A DNA stretch of 64,000 bases from Blasia pusilla. Taxonomy: Eukaryota. Where the stretch lies: the NCBI GenBank assembly GCA_050084515.1, contig CM114271.1, forward strand, positions 18,104,001-18,168,000. The letters are read 5' to 3'. The first letter of the stretch is position 1. Each line of letters begins with the position of its first letter. The position numbers were made by a program, and so were the translations under genes. Below the pieces are notes generated by a model, which was not told the origin of the DNA, ran no database searches, and was given only the letters and a program-made list of their open reading frames with translations. This document shows positions 26,270 to 39,989 of this stretch, one piece after another.

Positions 26270-28131
26270 GTGTAGATAGAGGTGAGTTGAATGCGGAAGA
26301 AGCACTAGAGTTCTTTAAGAAGTATAGAGTTCAGTTGAGACTAACAACCTCCATGAATCCGGAGGCAAACGACAAGAGTGAAAGGGGACATCTGTCAATC
26401 ATTCAAGCATTGGTAAAGACGTGTGTAGATCGTTATGTTGATTGGCCTATATTGCTTCCATTTGCTTTATGGGTAGATAGAACCACTCACAACACCGTTA
26501 CAAGGTTCATGCCTATAGAGTTGATGACATGTCAAAAGCCGATAATGCATGTAGAAGGAGATATTCCCACTTGGATGGGTTTGGCGTGGGAGGACGGACT
26601 CGAAATGGAAGAGCTCATAGCACTTAGAATGCAACAACTATAGCGGCTTGCAAAAGATATTGCACAAGCATTAGTCGAAATGAAGGAAGCAAGGTTGAAA
26701 AAAAAGGGGAGCTTCGACGAAATTCATCGACTCCGGAAGGAGCATATAAGAGAATGAGGTTAGGTCTTGATGCGCGATAACAACTCCGACAACCAATATA
26801 GTATATTTAAAAAAAATTCACGTCGTTGGTTTTATGCATATATTTTAGTATTTATTTTTATAATGCGAACTTATAAACTATGAGAGCTACATGGCAGAAT
26901 TCTCAAGTTGCCCATTGCGGGAAAAAGGGTCAAGATTTTCCGTAGACGTAAAGGATTTCTTTATTTTGACGAGTCAAATCAATTTATCTAAAGATGCAGC
27001 AAAAATAAGATTGAATAAGATAGCAATAAATTCTCATATTTTCGGCACATACCTGAGGATGTGCAGGTTTGGAGGGGATGAGCGTCGTATAGTAAAATCA
27101 TCCACTATGTAAAATTCTCTCTCATTAGGTATTAGTGAGAGTTTTATTAGTATTAAATAAATTAGTTTAGAAAAATAATTTTTTCATATTTAAACCTCTT
27201 TATGGTGCATCTTTTATTCGGGCCCAAATTTAAGAAAAGAGGTTATAAATAAAACATGGGATTATAAAAATAAAATAATGGGATTGATGGATTAATGAAA
27301 GAAAAATAACTAAATTTGGTTGGAATATAGGGTAGTTTGGATAGTTTAAATTATATGCAGTGAATAAACGAGCATATTTTAGAAGAGATAAAAAGTAATC
27401 TACTTGTGTATAAATATGATTGGCTAAGCCTTGAGAGGAAGCCATGTGGCACAAGATAAGATTAGCCCTATTTCATACTCTTGTGAATCCTTGCGAGTAA
27501 ATAAATAAAAGGGACTTTCAAGGATTAATCACCTTCTACTTCATTTCTTGTGTTCTCATGCTACTATTGAGTGGATGGCATTGGGGTCTACTTGTTCTTC
27601 TTATCAGATTGGATTATCCTTCTTAGGAGAGTAACTTGACCATGGTCTATTCTTCGAGAGGTTTATAGAGTGTGATATGTGTGGAGATGAGAGACTTGTC
27701 ATCTTAGGGGAGTTTATTCATACTAGAGATAGTGGATGGTTTTGGCTGGAATCTCCAACTTCGGTGATTCTTCCTATTGTCACGTATATGGGAGAACATG
27801 GGATTGTACGTTGTGTATTCTTATATAGCGATCCATGGATGTTCATAGGCTTGCTCGGGTAGGGTTTAACACTAGTTTTGTTATATTTCCTTTATACAAG
27901 CGTACAGTAATTTACAGGGACTTTACAATTAGGAATTTTTGGGTTCGATGTTATAAAGAAGTGATGGCCTCGATACTACCCTTCATGATTTTTGTCATTA
28001 GAGAATGGAGGATTTATATAATAATTCTGTATTGAAAAAGAGAACATTTTTATAGACTTCACCTTGCATCAACCACGTCTACCGTAGTTAGAAGGTTCGT
28101 CCTTACTCGAAGAAAAGCTCTCAATAGGACA
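26270..28131 (+). mobile_element. 3' remnant of a family-X Gypsy: integrase + PPT + 3' LTR (27083-28131)
   Basis: Integrase NPEANDKSERGH...WPILLPFALWVDRTT (26287-26643); PPT GGAGGGGATGAG at 27071-27082 directly before the LTR start (C/T)GTCGTATAGTAAAATC; LTR ends ...AATAGGACA. Confidence 0.85.
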
Positions 28132-31100
28132 ATAGGCATAATGAGACCCATCATCCATCACTTTGGTTTCCATTCTAGATGTTGTGATGTAGGATTGCCC
28201 AAGAATCACAAAATAAGCAACTCCATTTTGAACAAAGAAGTTTTGCTCAATCAACACATCTTCGATACAAGTTTTAACATATGAACAAGCGCCATAGAAT
28301 TCATCTTCCTGATTAGTGGCCACACGTAGTACTCATCCATATCGTGTATCAATTGGCTAGATTCCTTTGTCGTGTATACTTTCTGACATAATGTTGAATT
28401 ATGAACCATGACAGACGAGAACTAGAATTGACCCTAAGATAGAGCCTAGTCAAACTCCGACCTCCATCCTTGCACCTGCCCAATAGAATCAAGAATAGTG
28501 ACCACCATTGTGCTTTTCTTTAATTTTTTCTATTAAAGCTTCCCCTACTCTCGCCTCTTATGCTTGTAAGTCAAGCCTTTGTCCAAAAACTTGTCCAAGC
28601 TCTTCGCCTTCTCCTTCTGTAATGTGAGTATCCAATGCCCTAACCATCACCACATCTAGATCTGCAGTCATTTGCCTTTTTCTCTTGATCACCTCTATGA
28701 TCAATTCATGAAAGTCACGTTTGGATATCCCCAAGACTTCCCTCAAAGAAAACTCTATTTTTTGCATCCAAAATCTCTTCCTTAAGAATCTCTTTCAAAT
28801 TTATGCTTATCTCTATATCAGATTGCAGCTTCTATGTAGGAATCTTATCCTTGGTCTTATGAGGAGATCTCGATTCTTTCTCCTTTATCCTTGCTTCTTT
28901 GATATGAGAATGCATCATATATTCAGATGTGGAAGGCCCTTCTTCTCTTGATGGCTACACCTTCAGTTGCCCTTTCCTTCTCATGGTTCTCGCTCTTCTT
29001 AAAGCTTCCTCAAGATCAACACCATTATTATCGTGTCTCCTCTTCTCCTCCACAATTGCATCTTGCCAACTTACATGTTTATCTTGTGTTAGATATGCTT
29101 TAAGATATTCAGCTTCCACCGGATCATCCCATCTAGTGAGATGACAGATAATCTCTGCCTATAACTCTCGAGCTCACGGAACCACTCTAGAGTTACTCAA
29201 AGGTAGAATGTCCCTCGAGGCCTCTCCTCTTCCCTTTATATACTTAGAGATAGGTATGATGAAGACAAATTAGCTCTTCCTATCTGTATGTCATATGTCC
29301 TAGTCTCATAGCATGAGAGGATCGTCTTTGGACTTTAATGTCCCAACCTCATCTTCCTCAATCTCATCCTTATATTCCTTTTCACCAACCTATGGCCCCA
29401 CTCTCATCTTTATCCCATGTATCTTATTTTTTCTCTTTTTGGTTGATTTTTCCCACTTATGCGCTTCATGTCATAGATTCTAACTTAACTATGACTAACA
29501 AAAGATGGTTACAAACCTCCCCCCATTTAAGACACAACGTATTCATTGTGAGAACTTTTAAACTCTTACACTATTTATGGTGCGCTGGCCAAGTTGGCTT
29601 AGGGTTCCCATGTGGCCTCAAATAGTGGATATCCTTTCCATTGGACCAAGTATTCAACTCGTTGGTGATGAGCTCCTCAAGTGCATTTCTTCAAGATACG
29701 TTCACTTTAGAAAGACCATGATGGACAAAAATTGTCTCGATATAGATCCAAGCCAACTTTGGTGCAGTCACAATCTTCTTGGTTGGACAAAGATGGATAA
29801 TCTTGTTTAGTCTATCCATCAAGACTACAATATAATCATATATCGTGATCGTATATGGTAGCTCACAAAAAATATCCATAGTGACTTGTTCCCAATATTA
29901 TTGAGGTATTGGGATGGGCTGTAACAACCTTGTTGGTTTTGTGTTACTAGCCTTTAATTGTTAACAAATCCTACAACTCTTTACGTATACGTCAACATCT
30001 TGTCTCATTTTGGGCCAATAGTATGCACGTTGTAATCCTTCAAGGTTTCTTCAACTCCTATATGACCCGCAATGATTATGTCGTGAGCTTTAGACAATAC
30101 TTCAGTGCATAACTATGGATCTTATGGGATCCATACTTTACCTTTATGGAAAACGAATCCTTGAGCCTTGTGTATTTTGTTGGGCTGGATAGTAACTACA
30201 ATTTTTTCATCCTATTTTGTGGCTTTGGATAACTTTTTTCACCGACTAGAGTGAATATCCACTTCATACATATTATTCATATATGGTATACGAGTCAAGG
30301 CGTATGCCAACTACTTATTTTCTTCCACATAGATAATTTTCATCGTGAATTATTTTTGTCATTCTCCCCATCGAATTTGGTGTTTGGAAAGCTTTTTTTG
30401 GGACTCTAAGTAGACCAAGGGCTTGTGATCTGTCTCCACCACAAACTCCTTGTCGTCTAAGTAATATTTCCAATGCTTGGTTGGTAGCACAATAGCGAGT
30501 TCTTTTCGCTCAATTGTATAGTAGTTTTGCTTAATTGGCAATAACTTGCGAGAAAAAGAGGCAATAGGATGTCATCCATCCTCCCATTTTTGTTGTAGTA
30601 CTCCTCCAATGCTAGTACCTGAAGCATAGGGGCTTTGATCAAGACATCCTTTAATGATTGAAAAACAATCTCTTATGATGTGCCCCAATTCCATTTTTAT
30701 TCTTTCCCTAGTAGTCATCAAAGATCGTGCAATTTGAGCAAAACCTTTGACAAATCTTCCAATGAATCCTGTTAATCCTAGAAATCTTTTCAATTGAGTT
30801 TGATCCTCATGTGCATCCTATTTTTTGATCGCTTTTACCTTCTTACTCATCACTTAAATACCTTCTGCGCTTACTCAATGCCCTTGATAATCAACTTCTG
30901 TCTTACCGAACTCACATTTTGAAGCTTTAGCATACAACTCATTTTCTCTTATGATTTGAAGGATTTATTGTAGATGATTTATATGCTCATCAATGGTTTT
31001 ACTATAGACTAATATATCATCTAAGAAAACAATTATAGACTTATCTAAATATGGACGAAAGATATCAATCATTAGGCCCATAAAGGTTGGAGGTGCATGA

Positions 31101-31965
31101 GTAAGACCAAATGACATGACTAAGTATTCAAAGTGTTCATACCTAGTACGAAACGCAGTCTTGGGCACATCTTCATCTGCAATTTGAATTTGGTTATAGC
31201 CGCTTCTAAGGTCTAGTTTGGTGAAGTATTTTACTTATCGTAGTTGGTCAAACAAATCATTCATTCTTGATAATGGATATTTGTTTTTTAATGTTTGTTG
31301 ATTCAGTGCTCGATAGTCAATACAAAGTTGCATGCTTCCATCCTTATTTTTCACAAAAAAAGGAGAGGGGCTACATATGGCGAGACGCTTGGTTGGATGA
31401 AGAAGCCTTTTTGCAACATCTCCTCCACTTTGGCTTTGCATTCTTCTAATTCCCTTGGAGCTACGCGGTTAGGAGTCTTACATGATGGTGTGCTTCCTAG
31501 AAGGACCTCAATCTTGTGGTCTACCCTCTGTTTGGGTGGTAACCCTCATGGTAAATCATTTGGGAATACATATTTATATTCCTCCAATATTTCTCTCAAT
31601 TCGTCTAGTACCTCTTAATATTTTTTCAAACCACCAATATCTCTTATTAAACCTAGGAAACATACATCTTGAGGTTTGATGACGGTTTTTCCTATTACAT
31701 ATAGGGGTAGGATTTTAAGACGTGATCTAACTTTATATTCGTAAAGCTTCCACTTTCGGGTCTTCACAAATTTTTTTCTCCAATCTACTTGTGAATTTTA
31801 CTGTTCTATTCAAGGCATTTACGAGATAACATCATAACGTGTTAATCTAACGATTTTAATCTCCAACTCTACCTAACACTTTCCTATCCTCGACTCTGCC
31901 CTTCGAGGAAGCTTCTCGAACTTTTATGTTTGCCCATTTGGAAATTCTATCTCTTCTTTTTTATG

Positions 31966-32438
31966 TGTCGTGCGAATCCACATCGTCATACAACATACAT
32001 CGATGACATATCATATTCACAAACATACATAACATAAACGAGAGCATCCACAAACACAAGTGTACGACAACTGAAATCCGTGAAAGACCTACTGTCATAA
32101 AGCACGTATAGAATCACATACAATCGAGCCAAATCCACTCCACGATGGGAGAATCCAGGTCGAAGCTTGCGGGAATCACCATAGTGAAGAGCTCTACTCA
32201 CTACCAAGGCTAACTCCCAACGCAACAGGCTCAACTCAAAGAACTAACTATTTTTTGAGTGCACTCCACACTATATCCTCCAACCTGAGAGCGGGCCCTA
32301 TTGGAAAAGTCACCCTCAACGAGTAACCCCCAACCCTATGTATGAAACCGCATCTCTACCTAGACACTACGCCCCTACATAAGGTATGGCCTCTACTAGC
32401 ACACTATACTCTACGACATAATCCGTATGGTCATGACA
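31966..32438 (-). repeat. Solo LTR of the DNMT-carrying Gypsy family
   Basis: Reverse complement of 56385-56851 (TGTCATGACCATACGG...GGATTCGCACGACA); flanks TATG/TATC (4-bp TSD, 1 mismatch). Confidence 0.9.
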
Positions 32439-33129
32439 TATCCCTCTCTAAAGCTAAGCCCAATTTCATAGTTATGGCTCTTGAAATGAAGTTTTCTCTT
32501 GCCCTAGGATCAATCAACACTCTAACTTGGGTTCCTTATAATTCCCCATTTATTATAATGAGACGCGTTTATCCTAACTTCAAACTATTTACCTCCACAT
32601 GTTTGTGTCGACCCTCGTCTTTCCTCCTTTTGTTAGAACGAGTATATCCACGAGGCGCGATTAGTCGTGGTTGGCGTTTCCCTGAGATCCACCAAGCTTC
32701 TTTTTCATCTTTCTCAATATGTCTTCCTTCAAGATAATTAAGACGACAACGATATGGCTTATTTGCGAGCCTACGAAGACGATAATTCATGGCTATATCA
32801 CCATATCTACCATATTCAAAATATTAGAATGTATCTCTTCGGACTTTGAATTCTCTCCCTCCTCTAGGAATCCCAATCCCGTCGATTCGAGGAGCAATCC
32901 CTTGTATGTTGGAATTTGATCTCTCTCCATTGACATCCTTCCATTATACCTCGGCGGCGCATAACCATATCGTGCTTGAAGATTATCTAAGTGCATGGAT
33001 ATGGATCTGTAGTGGTTTTTCATGGAAGGAACCACCTCTCCTCCTCCTTCGTACATATTTTCCATACATTGGGCATATGCGATTGCTTCATTGATATCTT
33101 TTGGGTTTTCTGGAATCACCTCTTGACGT

Positions 33130-34411
33130 TGTCGTGTCGAGAGTCTTTCTTCAAGCAAGGGCGGGCCTTCTAGCTGCAGTAGATACGGTCGATGCAAGAT
33201 GAACTCTCTAAGAAGTTCTACTTTTTCAATACAAAATTATGATGTACACTCTCCATTCTCTCACGACAGGTATCACAAATGGAAGTGCCGAGGCGATCAC
33301 TTCTTCGTAACATCGGACCCAGAAATTCCTAACTATAAAATCCCTATAAACTATCTTACGCTTGTACACAAGGAAGATAGCACAACTAGTGTTAAACCCT
33401 ACTTGAGCAGGCCTATTGACATCCATGGGTCGCTCTATAAGGACATACAAAGTACAATCCCATGTCCTTCCATATGTGACGATAGGAAGAATCACCGGAG
33501 TTGGAGATTGCATGACCTAGTTCATGAACGCTTCCCCAAAGCGATAAACTAAATATTGATTGAACCAGTGTCTATCTACAAAGAGTATCTTGACATGGTA
33601 TGGATTGAGGAAAGGAAAGTCGGGTACAACTCGTGCTCCACCCCTATCCATGCTTGACAAACATTCTTTTCTCTCCTCAAGAATGGATTTTGGCGGAATT
33701 ATTCTCCCAAGAGGGATAATCCACTCTCATTGGGGAAGTAACAAGCCAAAACATTCACTATTTTAGTATGACTAAACTCCTCTAAGGTGACAAACCTCTC
33801 ATCTCCACACACACACACACACACCACACTCTAGAAACCTCTCGAAGAATAGACCATGATCAAGTTACTATCCCAAGAGGGGTAATCCACTCTCATTGGA
33901 AGAGCAATCAATCCCAAAACCATACACTCAAGAGAGACACGAGAGACTCAAGATGTGACCTTCAAGGGTTCATCATGAACCCTTGAAGGTCCCTCCTCTA
34001 TATACTCACAAGGAATCCACAAGAGTACAAAATAGAGCTTATCTTATCTTGTGCCACATGGCTTGCTCTCAAGGCTTAGCCAATCACATTTTGACACAAG
34101 TATATTTCCTCTTATCTCTTCCAAAATATCCTCTTTTACCCACTTAATATTTTCCAAATTACCCCAACTAACCTAGCCACCAACCAAGACTACTTTTGCT
34201 TTTCATTAAAACAACTACTTTACTTTTATAAAATCATCTTTTATTTATTACCTGCTTTTTCTAAAGTTGGGCCCGCATAAAAGAGGCACCATAAAGAGAT
34301 TTAAACATGGGGATTTCCTTTTCCTAAGCTAATTTACTTAATACTAATAAAACTCTATCTAACACTTAACGAGGAAGGAATTTATACACTGGCTGATTTT
34401 ACTATACGACA
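33130..34411 (-). repeat. Solo LTR of family X, best-preserved copy
   Basis: TGTCGTGTC...TATACGACA termini; flanks ACGT/ACGC; inserted in the chromovirus gag. Confidence 0.85.
33226..33651 (-). pseudogene. ORF-X: unknown 141-codon ORF inside the LTR (one CAG->TAG stop)
   Basis: MDRGGARVVPDFPFLNPYHVKILFVDRHWFNQYLVYRFGEAFMN*VMQSPTPVILPIVTYGRTWDCTLYVLIERPMDVNRPAQVGFNTSCAIFLVYKRKIVYRDFIVRNFWVRCYEEVIASALPFVIPVVREWRVYIIILY; conserved in other copies. Confidence 0.7.
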
Positions 34412-34967
34412 ACGCACCTTCTTATTCTAACCTTTATTGAATAAATCGAGAACTTCTGGCCGACTCATGCGTAGATTTGTATCTGCAAGTCATGAAACTC
34501 TTCGATGTTGTTCTCCACAATATCTTTCTATTTCAATTACCATAATTTCATTATAGCAGTGAGGATTGGATCCACAACTTGGAAATTTTACAGCAACCCT
34601 TGCTTCATTTCGCTCCATGTGATTTTTTGAGTTGTTTCAATCAAGGATCTCTCCCATCCTTGATACCATGTCAGTACTCTATGAGTTAATTAAGATCTTA
34701 AGAATATCCATGCAATATAATCATCAATGTTGAAAAGGATAAATGGATTTCCATCCGAGTGATCCAACCCTCTAATACCACCATGGCTTGACTTCCTTTG
34801 TACGGTTCAATATTGCATATCTTTAACATTTTCAATATCAATAAGGCTTGAGTAGTCATCTCCATCACAATTTGTGGTGAGTGAGCCTCTAATGCTCGTG
34901 CATTTAAGATCTCGTCATTCTCCCCAAAAGTCATTACACTCATGGTTTCCATCTCCATCCCACCTAT

Positions 34968-35152
<185 letters not shown>

Positions 35153-35312
35153 CTTACACTTATTTCTAACCAAAGCAACTTCTTACACTAATTCTTGGAC
35201 TTGGTTTTGACTTTGATCAAATGCAACTCTCAACTCTCTCAATTCACGAATCATATCCCTTAAAGTTTCTTCCATGATCGCTCCAACTTTCCCCTGACCC
35301 ATTACTACCATT

Positions 35313-35746
35313 CTAATATAAGATCAACATATACACATGCCAATTTTGCACAATAAGGACTACAAAAGGCAATGTTGACGTAATGACTTCATCATAATAC
35401 TCTTGGCCAAACTTCCTCACCATAAACTCTCTATATGCTATCTTAGGTTGACAACCCACATGGACTATACATTGATTGTTAAAAAATACTTGTGGAGGCC
35501 CATTCAAATCCATTCTCCATATCTCATCTAAAATAGTATATAAATAGTCCAATCCCACACACGATCATACGTAACTATAGGGAGGATCGTCGGGAAGCGA
35601 GACTCCATCACTTGCGTAATGAAAACTTCATCAAAATGATATACGAGGTATCTTGTGAACCAGTGTCTATCTACGTATAAGATTTTGATAGTGAATGCAT
35701 TAAGAAACAAAAAATTAGGAGCCACTCTTGCTCCCACTCCATCCAT
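35313..35746 (-). pseudogene. ORF-X homolog in the chromovirus leader (one frameshift near 35530)
   Basis: MDGVGARVAPNFLFLNAFTIKILYVDRHWFTRYLVYHFDEVFITQVMESRFPTILPIVTYDRVWDWTIYILF / ...KIAYREFMVRKFGQEYYDEVITSTLPFVVLIVQNWHVYMLILY aligns end-to-end with 33226-33651. Confidence 0.7.
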
Positions 35747-37200
35747 TACTTGCAAAACAACCCTTTCTCCATTCTCTACTTGCATCTCAATAACCATTTT
35801 CAACCTCTAGCAATCTATCTACTTTCCACAGTATACCATTACTTGGTCATCCCTTCAAGAGGGATAATCCACTCTCGTTGGAAGAGCAACATTGCTCTAA
35901 TATTATTGTAAGTCTCGAGCTCACGGAACCACTGTAGAGTTGCTTAAAGGGTGGAATGCCCCTCGATGCCTCTCCTCTTCCTTTGTATACTTATAGATAG
36001 GTACAATGAAGATAAATTAGCTCTTTACCTATCCTTATGCCACATGTCTTATTCTCATAGCATGAGAGGATCTCCTTGAGACTCTAATGTCCCAACCTCA
36101 TCCTTATCTTCCTTTTCACCAACCTATGACCCCACACTTATCTTTATCTCATGTATCTTTTTTTTTTTTCTTTTTTTGGTTGATTCTTTCCCATTTATGC
36201 ACGCTTTATGTCATAGATGTTAACTTAACTATGACTAACAAAGGATGGTTACACTGCCGTCGTAGCATCACTTCTTGAGGAAACAGTAATGATTCATTCT
36301 TAATTACAAACACAATAGGTCATTTTATCTCCACTACAAAGGTTTCAAAATTTAATACCGTAGTGGCAACTCCTACTTGACCTCTTAAGAAGCTCTTCAT
36401 TCCTCCTCTACCAAAGTTCGTACTCAATGATATACCTCTTTACATTGAATGAATCTTTTCATCTTTGAAATTTACAATTCCATTCCTAAAAGCTTTTGAT
36501 AACTCCTCGCATTTTCGACATTGATGCTCAATACTATCACCACATATGCCTCTCATCACAAAGTTCCTACTCGTTGAAGGAGCATGACCACTAGGATTCC
36601 GATCTAGTTTAAGCTCGACCATCTCTACTCTCAACTTTCTCAAACCTTTCACCAACTCATCTATGGCAGATTCTTCAAATTTTATCGAAACGGGCTTAGG
36701 CAAAGGAGTTGGAATTGATACCACTGACTTAAATATTACGATTTTATCTCTATCTCTACTTTGTTTTGTAAGGATAGCAATAGCTTATTCCACCTACTTC
36801 CAATTTGTGCTTACATCTCATTCTTTGGTCTTTTCCACCAACATTAGGAAGATCTTTGCCTCCAAATTCTTATCAGCCACCTCAAGGAATAGCTCAATTT
36901 TCCTCAAGTCAAGAATTGCCCTTTCGGAGGAAGATAACTGTAAAACCCACTTCTCAAACTCACGCAATAATTCATTAGGAGTCATTCCTCTTCTTAGACG
37001 TTACTGTATTCATTCTAGAAAACTCCACTTAGTCACCCGATCCACATCATCATTGAATAATTCTCCTTTCAACAATTGTTCATACTCTTCCCACGAATTT
37101 GGATTTTCAACTCTCACTTTTTTGACCTGACTAAGAATCTTTCGTAATACAACTAACTCAAAATTTCACACCATGTCACCTTCGAGCACACGGTTTACAT

Positions 37201-38289
37201 TATCGTGCGCATATACATCGCTACACAACATATATTGTTGTCACCCAACACACACACGAAACACGATCTCATGCTAACTCATGGCATCCAAACAACGAGA
37301 CAAGAAGTACCAAAATATCTCCAATGCTCCAACTCCACAATTGCACACTATTTGTTGCACAACGTGCCGAACTTCATGATCTACGACGACATCAAAAAAT
37401 ATTTGGAATTGGATATTCGAGTAAAACCTGACGGGGACTGTCGTAAAGCCCAATGTCTCTTTCTCATACACAAAATTCGGCAGGGCTTCCGCGCTGATTT
37501 CTCCCAACCAAAATGTAAAACCTGTAAAAATACAAATCAGCAAGCTACATGGTGCTCCCGAGAGCACTGGTATGGGGCAATCCGCCCACGTAATCAATCC
37601 CTATTAGAAATTGGGTAGCGCTTCCGCGCGCCATTCTTCCACACGAAAAATCGGCAAATGCAAAGAAGAATCAAAGCAAACCTTGCTCCGGTGAGCACTC
37701 CCATGAGCCGTTGAACGGTAAACACGGTCCCCAACCTGCAAAAACAGCGAGTGACCAACAAACTCCTCCATGAAGGTATCTCACTCTCTCATTCTCTCTT
37801 TGTAAAGTAACATCCAATCTCTCTCTACACCATCTCACACCATAACTCTCAAAATTATGCACTCTCTCTCATGTCAAACCAAACCCATTCTCCTAATGAG
37901 AGGTTTGGATTACACTCACAAGACAAGGGACCATAGTTGCGCCGCCTCATGCCAAGAGGTTCAACAAAGAGAGAATGAACTCTCAAGCTCTCTCTCCTTG
38001 AGGTATATCCCTCCCCTTTCCCAAGCTCTCTCAATGGTAATCTATTCTCCCAAGTCACCCCCTTGGCTCTTGACCTGATGGAAGTCAAGGGCCACTTACC
38101 AAAAATACAAAGTCGATCATATACTCAAAATAGTACTTACCTAAAATAGTAAGTTCCTCAATATGGCTCCAAATAAGCCGAAACGAAGGGGAAACCTCAA
38201 TAGGTCATCCTCGACATATTGAGCTTGTCCTCCATTACTCACGAAGGTGCTCTATTAGATCTCACCGATCTATCCTAAAAGATGTGACA
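37201..38289. repeat. Solo LTR (~1.09 kb) inserted in the family-X gag
   Basis: T(A)TCGTGC...TGTGACA termini; perfect 4-bp TSD ACAT (37197-37200 / 38290-38293); removal restores the gag frame EMYVNRVLE. Confidence 0.8.
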
Positions 38290-38568
38290 ACATACATCTC
38301 ACACAAGTACTCTCGAATATATTTGGTGATATTCCTCCCATCAAAGCTTCCCAACTTTTTTACAATCGCTTGGAGAGCTTTCGTTGATCTTTGCTCTCCC
38401 AAATCAACTCCTCTTTGTTGGCTTAACAATGTTGTCAAAATTTAGAGAAGATACTCAACTCCCTCGGTTTCCATTGATGGAGTACTACCAAAAGAACTCA
38501 TCTTGATAAGACTCGAACTTGCAAAACAAAATCTATTGCCTCAAAGATCTCTTAGTGGAAGCATTATT

Positions 38569-39837
38569 TGTCGCGTCAAAAGCTTTTCTTCGAGTAAGGT
38601 CAGACCTTCTAACTACGGTAGATGTGGTTGATGCAAGGTACACTCTATATGAAATTATCCTTTTTCAATACAAAATTATTATATAAACCTTATATTCTCT
38701 CACGACAAGAATCACAAATGGTAGTGCCAAGGCAATCACTTCTTCATAATATCGAACCCCAAAATTCAGAATTATGAATTATGAAATCCATATAAATTAT
38801 TTTCCGCTTATACACAAGAAAAATAGCATAAATTATGTTAAAACCTACTCGAGAAAGCCTATTAACATCCATGGATTGTAATATAAGAAGATACATCATA
38901 CAATCCATGTCCTTCCATACGTGACAATGTGAAGGATCAACGGAGCTGGAGATTTTGGGACCTAGTTCATGAATGCCTCCCCAAAGTTGGTAAACTAATA
39001 GAGGATAAACCAATGTCCATCTACGAAGAGATTCTTCAAGTGATACGAGTTAACAAAAGGAAAATCATGTACAATTCATGCTCCATCCATATCCATACTT
39101 GACAAATATTATATTCTCCTCAAGAATGGATTTTGGCGGAGTTGCTCTGCCAAGAGGGGTAACATTGGGAAAATAACCATCCCAAACCACATACTATTTC
39201 TAATATAACAAAACTCTCATAAGATGATAAGTCTCTCATCTCCGTACAAACCATATTTTTAAAAACTTCTCAAAGAATAATTCATGGTCAAATTACTCTC
39301 CTAAGAGGGGTAACCCATTCTCATTAGAAGAGCAAGCAAACCCCAATGCCATCCACTGAAGAGTGATACGAGAAACTCAAGAAATGAAATATAACGTGAT
39401 AAACCATTGAAGGGCCCTCCTCTTTATATACTCTAAAGGAATTTACAAGAGGGTTAATCTTATCTTATGCCTCATGACTTCCTCTCGAGGCTTAGCCAAT
39501 CATATTTTGGCATAAATAGATTACATGTTATCTTTTCTAAAATATCCTCATAAACTCACTTCATATCTTCCAAACTACCCCAACTATCCTAACCACCAAC
39601 CAAAAATATTTATGCTTTCTTTCATTAATGCACAAACCCCAATACTTTACTTTTATAATCCCATATCTCATTTATTACTTCTTTTTCTAAATTTGGGCCC
39701 GTATAAAAGAGGCACCATAAAAAGGTTTAAACATTAAAATTTTATTTTTCTAAGTTTATTTACTCGATGCTAATAAAACTCTCACTAACACTTAATGAGA
39801 GAGAGGTTTGCATAGTGGATGATTTTATTATGCGACA
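38569..39837 (-). repeat. 5' LTR of the family-X element, containing decayed ORF-X (~38665-39095)
   Basis: TGTCGCGTC...TATGCGACA termini; collinear with 33130-34411; followed on the minus strand by a decayed PBS-like TAATGCTTCCACTAAGAG and gag. Confidence 0.85.
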
Positions 39838-39989
39838 ACGTGGTTGCTCTTTCGACGAGAATGAGTTACTCTTCTTGCAAACATTACTTCTTCATGATCA
39901 ATTCTTGAAAAGTTTGAGAATTGGAAGAACGTGGAGTCGAGTAAGTTTCTTATATTTGTCGTATTAGAAAAGTTGTATTTGTCCTTCTT

